From Haplodiscus bocki (Eukaryota): DNA of 64,000 bases. The DNA is taken from NCBI GenBank assembly GCA_965655095.1, contig OZ296656.1, positions 9,548,001 to 9,612,000 on the forward strand. The letters are read 5' to 3'. A model generated the notes under the pieces. It searched no databases and was not told the origin of the DNA. It saw only the letters and a program-made list of their open reading frames with translations. Positions 41,020 to 56,000 of the stretch are shown piece after piece. The translations under genes and the position numbers were made by a program. Position 1 is the stretch's first letter, and every line of letters begins with the position of its first letter.

Positions 41020-44000
41020 TCCCATGGCAACTTCACCCCCTTATAACGTCAACCTCCTAAAAGTTCATACCCTAAAACTTCATACCTTTGCATTTTAAAC
41101 TCATCAATTTTCATTCCATAGCAGTTTCAACCCAACAAAACCTCAATCCCTGAAGTTTTGCAATTCATACTCTACATCATTTCATCCTACGACAGTTTCA
41201 ACCAATTGAAAACTCAGTCCCTCACAAATTCATCCAATACAACTTCAAGCCCTTGGGCCTTAAACCTACCTCAATTTCAGACCCTGACAATTTTAATCTA
41301 TTACAATTGCAACCCCTCACACTTTTATCTCATACAACTTCAAATCCTTGCACTTTAAGCCACTCACAATTTCATCCCATGGCAATTTCACCCCAATGAA
41401 ACCTCAAACTCCTAAAAATATATCCCATGAAACTTCAATACTTGCACATCATATTCAATATCATTTCAACCAATGACAATTTCACCTCAATAAAGTTTCA
41501 ATGGCTCAAAATTTCTTCCAAAAAAACTTCAACCCCTTGCACTTTAACCCCGCCAATGTATCAGACAATGACAATTTTGTCCCCTTTACAATTGCAACCC
41601 CTTACAATTTCATGTCCTACAACTTCAAACCCTTGCACTCTAAACTCAAAACAGGTTCATTCCATGACAGCTGCAACCGATTGAACTTCGCGTTATAAAC
41701 CCACCACAATATCAGACCCTGACAATATTACCCATTACAATTGCAACCCATTACAAATACATCTCATAGAACTGAAACCGTTGCACCTTAAACCCATCAC
41801 ATTGTAATCCCATAGCAACTTCACCCCCTTATAACGTCAACCAGTTAAAAGTTCTTACCCTAAAACTTCAAACCTTTGCATTTTATTTTAAACCCATCAC
41901 ATTTTCTTTCCGTAGCAGTTTCAACCCAATGAAACCTCAATCATTTAAATTTCGCACTTCATATTCTACATCATTTCATCCTACGACAAGTTCACCCAAT
42001 TAAAAACTCAGTCCTTCACAAGTTCATCCAATACAACTTCAACCACTTGCTATTTAAACGCGCCACACTTTCAGACATTGACAATTTTGTCCCCATTACA
42101 ATTGCAACCCTTACAATTTCAAGTCATACAAATTCACACCCTTGCACTCTGAACCCAAAACAGATTCTTTCCATGACAGTTTCAACCAATTAAACCTTTA
42201 ACCACTGGAAGTTCCAATCCATACAACTTCAACCCTTTGCGTTATAAACCCACCACAAATTCAGACCCCGACAATGTTACACCATTACAATTGCAACCCC
42301 TTACAATTACAACTCATACATCTGAAACCGTTGCGCCTTAAAGCAATCACATTTTCATCCCATGGCAATATCACCCCCATGAAAACCTCAACCTGCTGAA
42401 AATAAACCCCATGAAACTTCAAAATTTGCACATCATATTCAATATCATTTCATGCCATGACATTTTCACCCCTTTAAAAAATTGCCCCTTACACATTCAT
42501 CCCACACAACGTCAAGCCTTGCACTATAAACCCAACACAATTTTGGACCGTGACAATTTTACCACATTACAAATGCAACCCCTTACAATTTCATTTCATA
42601 CAACTTCAAACCCTTGCGCGTTAAACCCATCACAGTTTCAGCCCATGACAATTGCACAACATTTAAATTTCAATCCTTTACAGTTTCATCCCATACAATT
42701 TCTTCCCGGCGCACTTCAAACCCATCACACATTCATCTCAAAACAATTTCAATCCAACAAAAAACGAAGGCCTCACATTTTCGTCCCAAAAGACTTCAAA
42801 CCCTTGCCCTTTAAACAGACCCCAAATTCAGACCCTGAAAACTTTACTCTAGTACAATTGCAACTCTTTACAATTACATCTCTTACAACTTCACACCCTT
42901 AAACCTGTAGCCTATCACATTGTAATCCCATGGCAAATTCACTCCGATGTAACGTCAACACCTTAAAAAACGTTCCCTTAAAACATCAACACCTTGAACT
43001 GTGAACCCATCACAATTTCATCCCTTGTCAATTTCATCCCAATTGAACCTCAACCCGTAAGAAGTTCATCCCATTCAACTTGATTCCCTTGCACTTCAAA
43101 CCAACCATAATTTAAGACACTGAGCGTTTCAACCCAATACAAATGCAACCCCTTACAAATTCATCTCATACAAAATCAAAGCTTTGCACCTTAAACCCAT
43201 CACAGGTTAATCCCATGACAGTTTCACCCCATTAAGATCTAAATCCCCTAAATTTCATCTCATACAGGTTCAATCACTTGCACCTTAAACCCATCACAGT
43301 TTCATCCCATGGCAGCTTTACCCCTTTATAGCATCATCCTTTGAAAAATTCATCCCTTGAAACCTCACTCCAAGAAAAAGTCAAACCCTTAAAGTTTCTT
43401 CCCTAAAGCTTCCACCCCTTGCACTGTAAACACATCACAACTTCCCTCCTTGGCAATTCCACCCCAATAAAACCTCAACCCCTTATAATGGCATCCCAAC
43501 AAACTTCAACCATTGCACTTCATACTCAACACCATTTCAACCCTTGATAATTTGACCCCGTTTAAAACCTATTCCCTCTCAATATCGTCCCTTACAACTT
43601 CAACCCCATGCAAATTAAACCTGCCACCACTTCAGACCCTGACAAATTTTACCCCATTACAAACGCAACCGATTAAAAATTCTTCTCATACAAATTCAAA
43701 CACTTGCACCTTAAAGCCATCACAGTTTCATCCATGACAATTTCACCCCATAACAATTTCAACCCATTACAGTTTCGTCCCACACAATTTCAACACCGCA
43801 CATTTTACACCCATCGCAATTCATCTCATGACGGTTTCACCCCATTAAAATTTCAATGCCTCACACTTTCATTACATAAAACTTCAACCCTTTGCACATT
43901 AAACCCACCAAAATGTGAGACCCTGGCAATTTTACCCCATTACAATTGCAACCTTTACAATTTCTTGCCATACAACTTCAACCCTTTGCGTTATAAACCA

Positions 44001-47000
44001 ACCACAATTTCAGACCCTGACAATATTAGCCCATTACAATTGCAACCCCTTACAATTACATCTCATACAACTGAAACCGTTGCACCTTGAACCCATCACA
44101 TTGTAATCCCATGGCAACTTCACCCCCTTATAACGTCAACCTCCTAAAAGTTCATACCCTAAAACTTCATACCTTTGCATTTTAAACTCATCAATTTTCA
44201 TTCCATAGCAGTTTCAACCCAACAAAACCTCAATCCCTGAAGTTTTGCAATTCATACTCTACATCATTTCATCCTACGACAAGTTCACCCAAATAAAAAC
44301 AGTCCCTCAAAAATTCATCCAATACAACTTCAACCCCTTGCTATTTAAACCCGCCACAGTTTCAGACATTGACAATTTTGTCCCCATTACAATTGCAACC
44401 CCTTACAATTTCAAGTCATACAAATTCACACCCTTGCATTCTGATCCCAAAACAGGTTCTTCCCATGACAGTTTCAACCCATTAATTTTTCAACCACTGA
44501 AATTTCCAAACCATGCAACTTCAAACCTTTGCGTTATAAACCTACCACAAATTCAGACCCTGACAATGTTACCCCACTACAATTGCAACCCCTTACAATT
44601 ACATCTCATACAACTGAAACCGTTGCAACTTAAGCCCATCACATTGTAATCCCATGGCAACTTCACCCCCTTATAACGTCAACCCCTCAAAAATTCTTAC
44701 CCTAAAAATTCAAACCTTCGCATTTTATTTTAAACCCATCACATTTTCTTTCCGTAGCAGTTTCAACCCAATGAAACCTCAATCATTTAAATTTCGCACT
44801 TCATATTCTACATCATTTCATCCTACGACAAGTTCACCTAATTAAAAACTCAGTCCTTCACAAGTTCATCCAATACAACTTCAACCACTTGCTATTTAAA
44901 CGCGCCACACTTTCAGACATTGACAATTTTGTCCCCATTACAATTGCAACCCCTTACAATTTCAAGTCATACAAATTCACACCCTTGCACTCTGATCCCA
45001 AAACAGGTTCTTCCCATGACAGTTTCAACCCATTAATTTTTCAACCACTGAAATTTCCAAACCATGCAACTTCAAACCTTTGCGTTATAAACCTACCACA
45101 AATTCAGACCCTGACAATGTTACCCCACTACAATTGCAACCCCTTACAATTACATCTCATACAACTGAAACCGTTGCAACTTAAGCCCATCACATTGTAA
45201 TCCCATGGCAACTTCACCCCCTTATAACGTCAACCCCTCAAAAATTCTTACCCTAAAAATTCAAACCTTCGCATTTTATTTTAAACCCATCACATTTTCT
45301 TTCCGTAGCAGTTTCAACCCAATGAAACCTCAATCATTTAAATTTCGCACTTCATATTCTACATCATTTCATCCTACGACAAGTTCACCTAATTAAAAAC
45401 TCAGTCCTTCACAAGTTCATCCAATACAACTTCAACCACTTGCTATTTAAACGCGCCACACTTTCAGACATTGACAATTTTGTCCTCATTACAATTGCAA
45501 CCCCTTACAATTTCAAGTCATACAAATTCACACCCTTGCACTCTGAACCCAAAACAGGTTCGTTCCATGACAGTTTCAACCAATTAAACTTTTAACCACT
45601 GGAAATTCCAATCCATACAACTTCAACCCTTTGCGTTATAAACCCACCACAAATTCAGACCCCGACAATGTTACACCATTACAATTGCAACCCCTTACAA
45701 TTACAACTCATACAACTGAAACCGTTGCGCCTTAAAGCAATCACATTTTCATCCCATGGCAATATCACCCCCATGAAAACCTCAACCTGCTAAAAATAAA
45801 CCCCATGAAACTTCAAAATTTGCACATCATATTCAATATCATTTCATGCCATGACATTTTCACCCCATTAAAAAATTGCCCCTTACACATTCATCCCACA
45901 CAACGTCAAGCCTTGCACTATAAACCCAACACAATTTTGGACCGTGACAATTTTACCACATTACAAATGCAACCCCTTACAATTTCATTTCATACAACTT
46001 CAAACCCTTGCGCGTTAAACCCATCACAGTTTCAGCCCATGACAATTGCACAACATTTAAATTTCAATCCTTTACAGTTTCATCCCATACAATTTCTTCC
46101 CGGCGCATTTCAAACCCATCACACATTCATCTCAAAACAATTTCAACCCAACAAAAAACGAAGGCCTCACATTTTCGTCCCAAAAGACTTCAAACCCTTG
46201 CCCTCTAAACAGACCCCAAATTCAGACCCTGAAAACTTTAGTACAATTGCAACTCTTTACAATTACATCTCTTACAACTTCACACCCTTGAACCTGTAGC
46301 CTATCACATTGTAATCCCTTGGCAAATTCACTCCGATGTAACGTCAACACCTTAAAAAAACGTTCTCTTAAAACATCAACACCTTGAACTGTGAACCCAT
46401 CACAATTTCATCCCTTGTCAATTTCATCCCAATGGAACCTCAACCCGTAAGAAGTTCATCCCATTCAACTTGATTCCCTTGACTTCAAACCAACCATAAT
46501 TTAAGACACTGACCGTTTGAACCCAATACAAATGCAACCCCTTACAAATTCATCTCATACAAAATCAAAGCTTTGCACCTTAAACCCATCACAGGTTAAT
46601 CCCATGACAGTTTCATCCCATTAAGATCTAAATCCCCTAAATTTCATCTCATACAAGTTCAATCACTTGCACCTTAAACCCATCACAGTTTCATCCCATG
46701 GCACTTTTACCCCTTTATAGCATCATCCTTTGAAAAATTCATCCCTTGAAACCTCACTCCAAGAAAAAGTCAAACCCTTAAAGTTTCTTCCCTAAAGCTT
46801 CCACCCCTTGCACTGTAAACACATCACAACTTCCCTCCTTGGCATTTCCACCCCAATAAAACCTCAACCCCTTATAATGGCATCCCAACAAACTTCAACC
46901 ATTGCACTTCATACTCAACACCATTTCAACCCTTGATAATTTGACCCCGTTTAAAACCTATTCCCTCTCAATATCGTCCCTTACAACTTCAACCCCATGC

Positions 47001-50000
47001 AAATTAAACCTGCCACCACTTCAGACCCTGACAATTTTTACCCCATTACAAACGCAACCGATTAAAAATTCTTCTCATACAAATTCAAACACTTGCACCT
47101 TAAAGCCATCACAGTTTCATCCATGACAATTTCACCCCATAACAATTTCAACCCATTACAGTTTCGTCCCACACAATTTCAACACCGCACATTTTACACC
47201 CATCGCAATTCATCTCATGACGGTTTCACCCCATTAAAATTTCAAGGCCTCACACTTTCACTCTATAAAACTTCAACCCTTTGCACATTAAACCCACCAA
47301 AATGTGAGACCCTGGCAATTTTACCCCATTACAATTGCAACCTTTACAATTTCTTGCCATACAACTTCAACCCTTTGCGTTATAAACCAACCACAATTTC
47401 AGACCCTGACAATAATACCCCATTACAATTGCAACCCCTTACAATTACATCTCATACAACTGAAACCGTTGCACCTTGAACCCATCACATTGTAATCCCA
47501 TGGCAACTTCACCCCCTTATAATGTCAACCTCCTAAAAGTTCATACCCTAAAACTTCATACCTTTGCATTTTAAACTCATCAATTTTCATTCCATAGCAG
47601 TTTCAACCCAACAAAACCTCAATCCCTGAAGTTTTGCAATTCATACTCTACATCATTTCATCCTACGACAGTTTCAACCAATTGAAAACTCAGTCCCTCA
47701 CAATTTCATCCAATACAACTTCAAGCCCTTGGGCCTTTAACCTACCTCAATTTCAGACCCTGACAATTTTAATCTATTACAATTGCAACCCCTCACACTT
47801 TTATCTCATACAACTTCAAATCCTTGCACTTTAAGCCACTCACAATTTCATCCCATGGCAATTTCACCCCAATGAAACCTCAAACTCCTAAAAATATATC
47901 CCATGAAACTTCAATACTTGCACATCATATTCAATATCATTTCAACCAATGACAATTTCACCTCAATAAAGTTTCAATGGCTCAAAATTTCTTCCCAAAA
48001 AACTTCAACCCCTTGCACTTTAACCCCGCCAATGTTTCAGACAATGACAATTTTGTCCCCTTTACAATTGCAACCCCTTACAATTTCATGTCATACAACT
48101 TCAAACCCTTGTACTCTAAACTCAAAACAGGTTCATTCCATGACAGCTGCAACCGATTGAACTTCGCGTTATAAACCCACCACAATATCAGACCCTGACA
48201 ATATTACCCATTACAATTGCAACCCATTACAAATACATCTCATAAAACTGAAACCGTTGCACCTTAAACCCATCACATTGTAATCCCATAGCAACTTCAC
48301 CCCCTTATAACGTCAACTCGTTAAAAGTTCTTACCCTAAAACTTTATACCCTTGCATTTTAAACCCATCAGAGTTTCTTTCCATAGCAGTTTCAACCCAA
48401 TAAAACTTCAATACTTTGAATTTTCCACTTCATATTCTACATCATTTCATCCTACAACAAGTTCACCCAAATAAAAACAGTCCCTCAAAAATTCATCCAA
48501 TACAACTTCAACCCCTTGCTATTTAAACCCGCCACAGTTTCAGACATTGACAATTTTGTCCCCATTACAATTGCAACCCCTTACAATTTCAAGTCATACA
48601 AATTCACACCCTTGCATTCTGATCCCAAAACAGGTTCTTCCCATGACAGTTTCAACCCATTAATTTCTCAACCACTGAAATTTCCAAACCATACAACTTC
48701 AACCCTTTGCGTTATAAACCTACCACAAATTCAGACCCTGACAATGTTACCCCATTACAATTGCAACCCCTTACAATTACATCTCATACAACTGAAACCG
48801 TTGCACCTTGAACCCATCACATTGTAATCCCATGGCAAGTTCACCCCCTTATAACGTCAACCTCCTAAAAGTTCATACCCTAAAACTTCATACCTTTGCA
48901 TTTTAAACTCATCAATTTTCATTCCATAGCAGTTTCAACCAAACAAAACCTCAATTCCTGAAGTTTTGCAATTCATACTCTACATCATTTCATCCTACGA
49001 CAGTTTCAACCAATTGAAAACTCAGTCCCTCACAAATTCATCCAATACAACTTCAAGCCCTTGGGCCTTAAACCTACCTCAATTTCAGACCCTGACAATT
49101 TTAATCTATTACAATTGCAACCCCTCACACTCTTATCTCATACAACTTCAAATCCTTGCACTTTAAGCCACTCACAATTTCATCCCATGGCAATTTCACC
49201 CCAATGAAACCTCAAACTCCTAAAAATATATCCCATGAAACTTCAATACTTGCACATCATATTCAATATCATTTCAACCAATGACAATTTCACCTCAATA
49301 AAGTTTCAATGGCTCAAAATTTCTTCCCAAAAAACTTCAACCCCTTGCACTTTAACCCCGCCAATGTTTCAGACAATGACAATTTTGTCCCCTTTACAAT
49401 TGCAACCCCTTACAATTTCATGTCATACAACTTCAAACCCTTGTACTCTAAACTCAAAACAGGTTCATTCCATGACAGCTGCAACCGATTGAACTTCGCG
49501 TTATAAACCCACCACAATATCAGACCCTGACAATATTACCCATTACAATTGCAACCCATTACAAATACATCTCATAAAACTGAAACCGTTGCACCTTAAA
49601 CCCATCACATTGTAATCCCATAGCAACTTCACCCCCTTATAACGTCAACTCGTTAAAAGTTCTTACCCTAAAACTTTATACCCTTGCATTTTAAACCCAT
49701 CAGATTTTCTTTCCATAGCAGTTTCAACCCAATAAAACTTCAATACTTTGAATTTTCCACTTCATATTCTACATCATTTCATCCTACAACAAGTTCACCC
49801 AAATAAAAACAGTCCCTCAAAAATTCATCCAATACAACTTCAACCCCTTGCTATTTAAACCCGCCACAGTTTCAGACATTGACAATTTTGTCCCCATTAC
49901 AATTGCAACCCCTTACAATTTCAAGTCATACAAATTCACACCCTTGCATTCTGATCCCAAAACAGGTTCTTCCCATGACAGTTTCAACCCATTAATTTCT

Positions 50001-53000
50001 CAACCACTGAAATTTCCAAACCATACAACTTCAACCCTTTGCGTTATAAACCTACCACAAATTCAGACCCTGACAATATTACCCCATTACAATTGCAACC
50101 CCTTACAATTACATCTCATACAACTGAAACCGTTGCACCTTGAACCCATCACATTGTAATCCCATGGCAACTTCACCCCCTTATAACGTCAACCTCCTAA
50201 AAGTTCATACCCTAAAACTTCATACCTTTGCATTTTAAACTCATCAATTTTCATTCCATAGCAGTTTCAACCCAACAAAACCTCAATCCCTGAAGTTTTG
50301 CAATTCATACTCTACATCATTTCATCCTACGACAGTTTCAACCAATTGAAAACTCAGTCCCTCACAAATTCATCCAATACAACTTCAAGCCCTTGGGCCT
50401 TAAACCTACCTCAATTTCAGACCCTGACAATTTTAATCTATTACAATTGCAACCCCTCACACTCTTATCTCATACAACTTCAAATCCTTGCACTTTAAGC
50501 CACTCACAATTTCATCCCATGGCAATTTCACCCCAATGAAACCTCAAACTCCTAAAAATATAACCCATGAAACTTCAATACTTGCACATCATATTCAATA
50601 TCATTTCAACCAATGACAATTTCACCTCAATAAAGTTTCAATGGCTCAAAATTTCTTCCCAAAAAACTTCAACCCCTTGCACTTTAACCCCGCCAATGTT
50701 TCAGACAATGACAATTTTGTCCCCTTTACAATTGCAACCCCTTACAATTTCATGTCATACAACTTCAAACCCTTGTACTCTAAACTCAAAACAGGTTCAT
50801 TCCATGACAGCTGCAACCGATTGAACTTCGCGTTATAAACCCACCACAATATCAGACCCTGACAATATTACCCATTACAATTGCAACCCATTACAAATAC
50901 ATCTCATAAAACTGAAACCGTTGCACCTTAAACCCATCACATTGTAATCCCATAGCAACTTCACCCCCTTATAACGTCAACTCGTTAAAAGTTCTTACCC
51001 TAAAACTTTATACCCTTGCATTTTAAACCCATCAGATTTTCTTTCCATAGCAGTTTCAACCCAATAAAACCTCAATACTTTAAATTTTCCACTTCATATT
51101 CTACATCATTTCATCCTACAACAAGTTCACCCAAATAAAAACAGTCCCTCAAAAATTCATCCAATACAACTTCAACCCCTTGCTATTTAAACCCGCCACA
51201 GTTTCAGACATTGACAATTTTGTCCCCATTACAATTGCAACCCCTTACAATTTCAAGTCATACAAATTCACACCCTTGCATTCTGATCCCAAAACAGGTT
51301 CTTCCCATGACAGTTTCAACCCATTAATTTTTCAACCACTGAAATTTCCAAACCATACAACTTCAACCCTTTGCGTTATAAACCTACCACAAATTCAGAC
51401 CCTGACAATGTTACCCCATTACAATTGCAACCCCTTACAATTACATCTCATACAACTGAAACCGTTGCACCTTGAACCCATCACATTGTAATCCCATGGC
51501 AACTTCACCCCCTTATAACGTCAACCTCCTACAAGTTCATACCCTAAAACTTCATACCTTTGCATTTTAAACTCAACAATTTTCATTCCATAGCAGTTTC
51601 AACCCAACAAAACCTCAATCCCTGAAGTTTTGCAATTCATACTCTACATCATTTCATCCTACGACAGTTTCAACCAATTCAAAACTCAGTCCCTCACAAA
51701 TTCATCCAATACAACTTCAAGCCCTTGGGCCTTAAACCTACCTCAATTTCAGACCCTGACAATTTTAATCTATTACAATTGCAACCCCTCACACTTTTAT
51801 CTCATACAACTTCAAATCCTTGCACTTTAAGCCACTCACAATTTCATCCCATGGCAATTTCACCCCAATGAAACCTCAAACTCCTAAAAATATATCCCAT
51901 GAAACTTCAAAACTTGCACATCATATTCAATATCATTTCAACCAATGACAATTTCACCTCAATAAAGTTTCAATGGCTCAAAATTTCTTCCCAAAGAACT
52001 TCAACCCCTTGCACTTTAACCCCGCCAATGTTTCAGACAATGACAATTTTGTCCCCTTTACAATTGCAACCCCTTACAATTTCATGTCATACAACTTCAA
52101 ACCCTTGTACTCTAAACTCAAAACAGGTTCATTCCATGACAGCTGCAACCGATTGAACTTCGCCTTATAAACCCACCACAATATCAGACCCTGACAATAT
52201 TACCCATTACAATTGCAACCCATTACAAGTACATCTCATAGAACTGAAACCGTTGCACCTTAAACCCATCACATTGTAATCCCATAGCAACTTCACCCCC
52301 TTATAACGTCAACCCGTTAAAAGTTCTTACCTAAAATTTCATACCCTTGCATTTTAAACCCATCAGATTTTCTTTCCATAGCAGTTTCAACCCAATAAAA
52401 CCTCAATACTTTAAATTTTCCACTTCATATTCTACATCATTTCATCCTACAACAAGTTCACCCAAATAAAAACAGTCCCTCAAAAATTCATCCAATACAA
52501 CTTCAACCCCTTGCTATTTAAACCCGCCACAGTTTCAGACATTGACAATTTTGTCCCCATTACAATTGCAACCCCTTACAATTTCAAGTCATACAAATTC
52601 ACACCCTTGCGTTCTGATCCCAAAACAGGTTCTTCCCATGACAGTTTCAACCCATTAATTTTTCAACCACTGAAATTTCCAAACCATACAACTTCAACCC
52701 TTTGCGTTTTAAACCTACCACAAATTCAGACCCTGACAATGTTACCCCATTACAATTGCAACCCCTTACAATTACATCTCATACAACTGAAACCGTTGCA
52801 CCTTAAGCCCATCACATTGTAATCCCATGGCAACTTCACCCCCTTATAACGTCAACCCCTCAAAAGTTCTTACCCTAAAACATCAAACCTTTGCATTTTA
52901 TTTTAAACCCATCACATTTTCTTTCCGTAGCAGTTTCAACCCAATGAAACCTCAATCATTTAAATTTCGCACTTCATATTCTACATCATTTCATCCTACG

Positions 53001-56000
53001 ACAAGTTCACCCAATTAAAAACTCAGTCCTTCACAAGTTCATCCAATACAACTTCAACCACTTGCTATTTAAACGCGCCACACTTTCAGACATTGACAAT
53101 TTTGTCCCCATTACAATTGCAACCCCTTACAATTTCAAGTCATACAAATTCACACCCTTGCACTCTGAACCCAAAACAGGTTCTTTCCATGACAGTTTCA
53201 ACCAATTAAACTTTTAACCACTGGAGATTCCAATCCATACAACTTCAACCCTTTGCGTTATAAACCCACCACAAATTCAGACCCCGACAATGTTACACCA
53301 TTACAATTGCAACCCCTTACAATTACAACTCATACAACTGAAACCGTTGCGCCTTAAAGCAATCACATTTTCATCCCATGGCAATATCACCCCCTTATAA
53401 CGTCAACCCCTCAAAAGTTCTTACCCTAAAACATCAAACCTTTGCATTTTATTTTAAACCCATCACATTTTCTTTCCGTAGCAGTTTCAACCCAATGAAA
53501 CCTCAATCATTTAAATTTCGCACTTCATATTCTACATCATTTCATCCTACGACAAGTTCACCCAATTAAAAACTCAGTCCTTCACAAGTTCATCCAATAC
53601 AACTTCAACCACTTGCTATTTAAACGCGCCACACTTTCAGACATTGACAATTTTGTCCCCATTACAATTGCAACCCCTTACAATTTCAAGTCATACAAAT
53701 TCACACCCTTGCACTCTGAACCCAAAACAGGTTCTTTCCATGACAGTTTCAACCAATTAAACTTTTAACCACTGGAGATTCCAATCCATACAACTTCAAC
53801 CCTTTGCGTTATAAACCCACCACAAATTCAGACCCCGACAATGTTACACCATTACAATTGCAACCCCTTACAATTACAACTCATACAACTGAAACCGTTG
53901 CGCCTTAAAGCAATCACATTTTCATCCCATGGCAATATCACCCCCATGAAAACCTCAACCTACTAAAAATAAACCCCATGAAACTTTAAAATTTGCACAT
54001 CATATTCAATATCATTTCATGCCATGACATTTTCACCCCATTAAAAAATTGCCCCTTACACATTCATCCCACACAACGTCAAACCTTGCACTATAAACCC
54101 AACACAATTTTGGACCGTGACAATTTTACCACATTACAAATGCAACCCCTTACAATTTCATTTCATACAACTTCAAACCCTTGCGCGTTAAACCCATCAC
54201 AGTTTCAGCCCATGACAATTGCACAACATTTAAGTTTCAATCCTTTACAGTTTCATCCCATACAATTTCTTCCCGGCGCACTTCAAACCCATCACACATT
54301 CGTCTCAAAACAATTTCAACCCAACAAAAAACGAAGGCCTCACATTTTCGTCCCAAAAGACTTCAAACCCTTGCCCTTTAAACAGACCCCAAATTCAGAC
54401 CCTGAAAACTTTACTCTAGTACAATTGCAACTTCTTAGAATTACATCTCTTACAACTTCACACCCTTGAACCTTTAGCCTATCACATTGTAATCCCATGG
54501 CAACTTCACTCCGATGTAACGTCAACACCTTAAAAAACGTTCCCTTAAAACATCAACACCTTGAACTGTAAACCCATCACACTTTCATCCCTTGTCAATT
54601 TCTTCCCAATGGAACCTCAACCCGCAAGAAGTTCATCCCATTCAACTTGATTCCCTTGCACTTCAAACCCACCATAATTTAAGACACTGACCGTTTGAAC
54701 CCAATACAAATGCAACCCCTTACAAATTCATCTCATACAAAATCAAAGCTTTTCACCTTAAACCCATCACAGGTTAATCCCATGACAGTTTCACCCCATT
54801 AGGATCTAAATCCCCTAAATTTCATCTCATACAAGTTCAATCACTTGCACCTTAAACCCATCACAGTTTCATCCCATGGCAGTTTCACCCCTTTATAGCA
54901 TCATCCTTTGAAAAATTCATCCCTTGAAACCTCACTCCAAGAAAAAGTCAAACCCTTAAAGTTTCTTCCCCAAAGCTTCCACCCCTTGCACTGTAAACAC
55001 ATCACAACTTCCCTCCTTGGCAATTCCACCCCAATAAAACCTCAACCCCTTATAATGGCATCCCAACAAACTTCAACCATTGCACTTCATACTCAACACC
55101 ATTTCAACCCTTGATAATTTGACCCCGTTTAAAACCTATTCCCTCACAATATCGTCCCTTACAACTTCAACCCCATGCAAATTAAACCTGCCACCACTTC
55201 AGACCCTGACAAATTTTACCCCATTACAAACGCAACCGATTAAAAATTCTTCTCATACAAATTCAAACACTTGCACCTTAAAGCCATCACAGTTTCATCC
55301 ATGAAAATTTCACCCCATAACAATTTCAACCCATTACAGTTTCGTCCCACACAATTTCAACACCGCACATTTTACACCCATCGCAATTCATCTCATGACG
55401 GTTTCACCCCATTAAAATTTCAAGGCCTCACACTTTCACTCTATAAAACTTCAACCCTTTGCACATTAAACCCACCAAAATGTGAGACCCTGGCAATTTT
55501 ACCCCATTACAATGGCAACCTTTACAATTTCTTGCCATACAACTTCAACCCTTTGCGTTATAAACCAACCACAATTTCAGACCCTGACAATAATACCCCA
55601 TTACAATTGCAACCCCTTACAATTACATCTCATACAACTGAAACCGTTGCACCTTGAACCCATCACATTGTAATCCCATGGCAACTTCACCCCCTTATAA
55701 CGTCAACCTCCTAAAAGTTCATACCCTAAAACTTCATACATTTGCATTTTAAACTCATCAATTTTCATTCCATAGCAGTTTCAACCCAACAAAACCTCAA
55801 TCCCTGAAGTTTTGCAATTCATACTCTACATCATTTCATCCTACGACAGTTTCAACCAATTGAAAACTTAGTCCCTCACAAATTCATCCAGTACAACTTC
55901 AAGCCCTTGGGCCTTAAACCTACCTCAATTTCAGACCCTGACAATTTTAATCTATTACAATTGCAACCCCTCACACTTTTATCTCATACAACTTCAAATC

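Noticed and set aside
42411-44649. His/Cys/Pro/Thr-rich translations resembling zinc-finger or mucin-like repeat proteins
   Set aside because: There is no C-x2-4-C...H-x3-5-H spacing or 84-bp period. The composition is what A/C/T-only codons produce.
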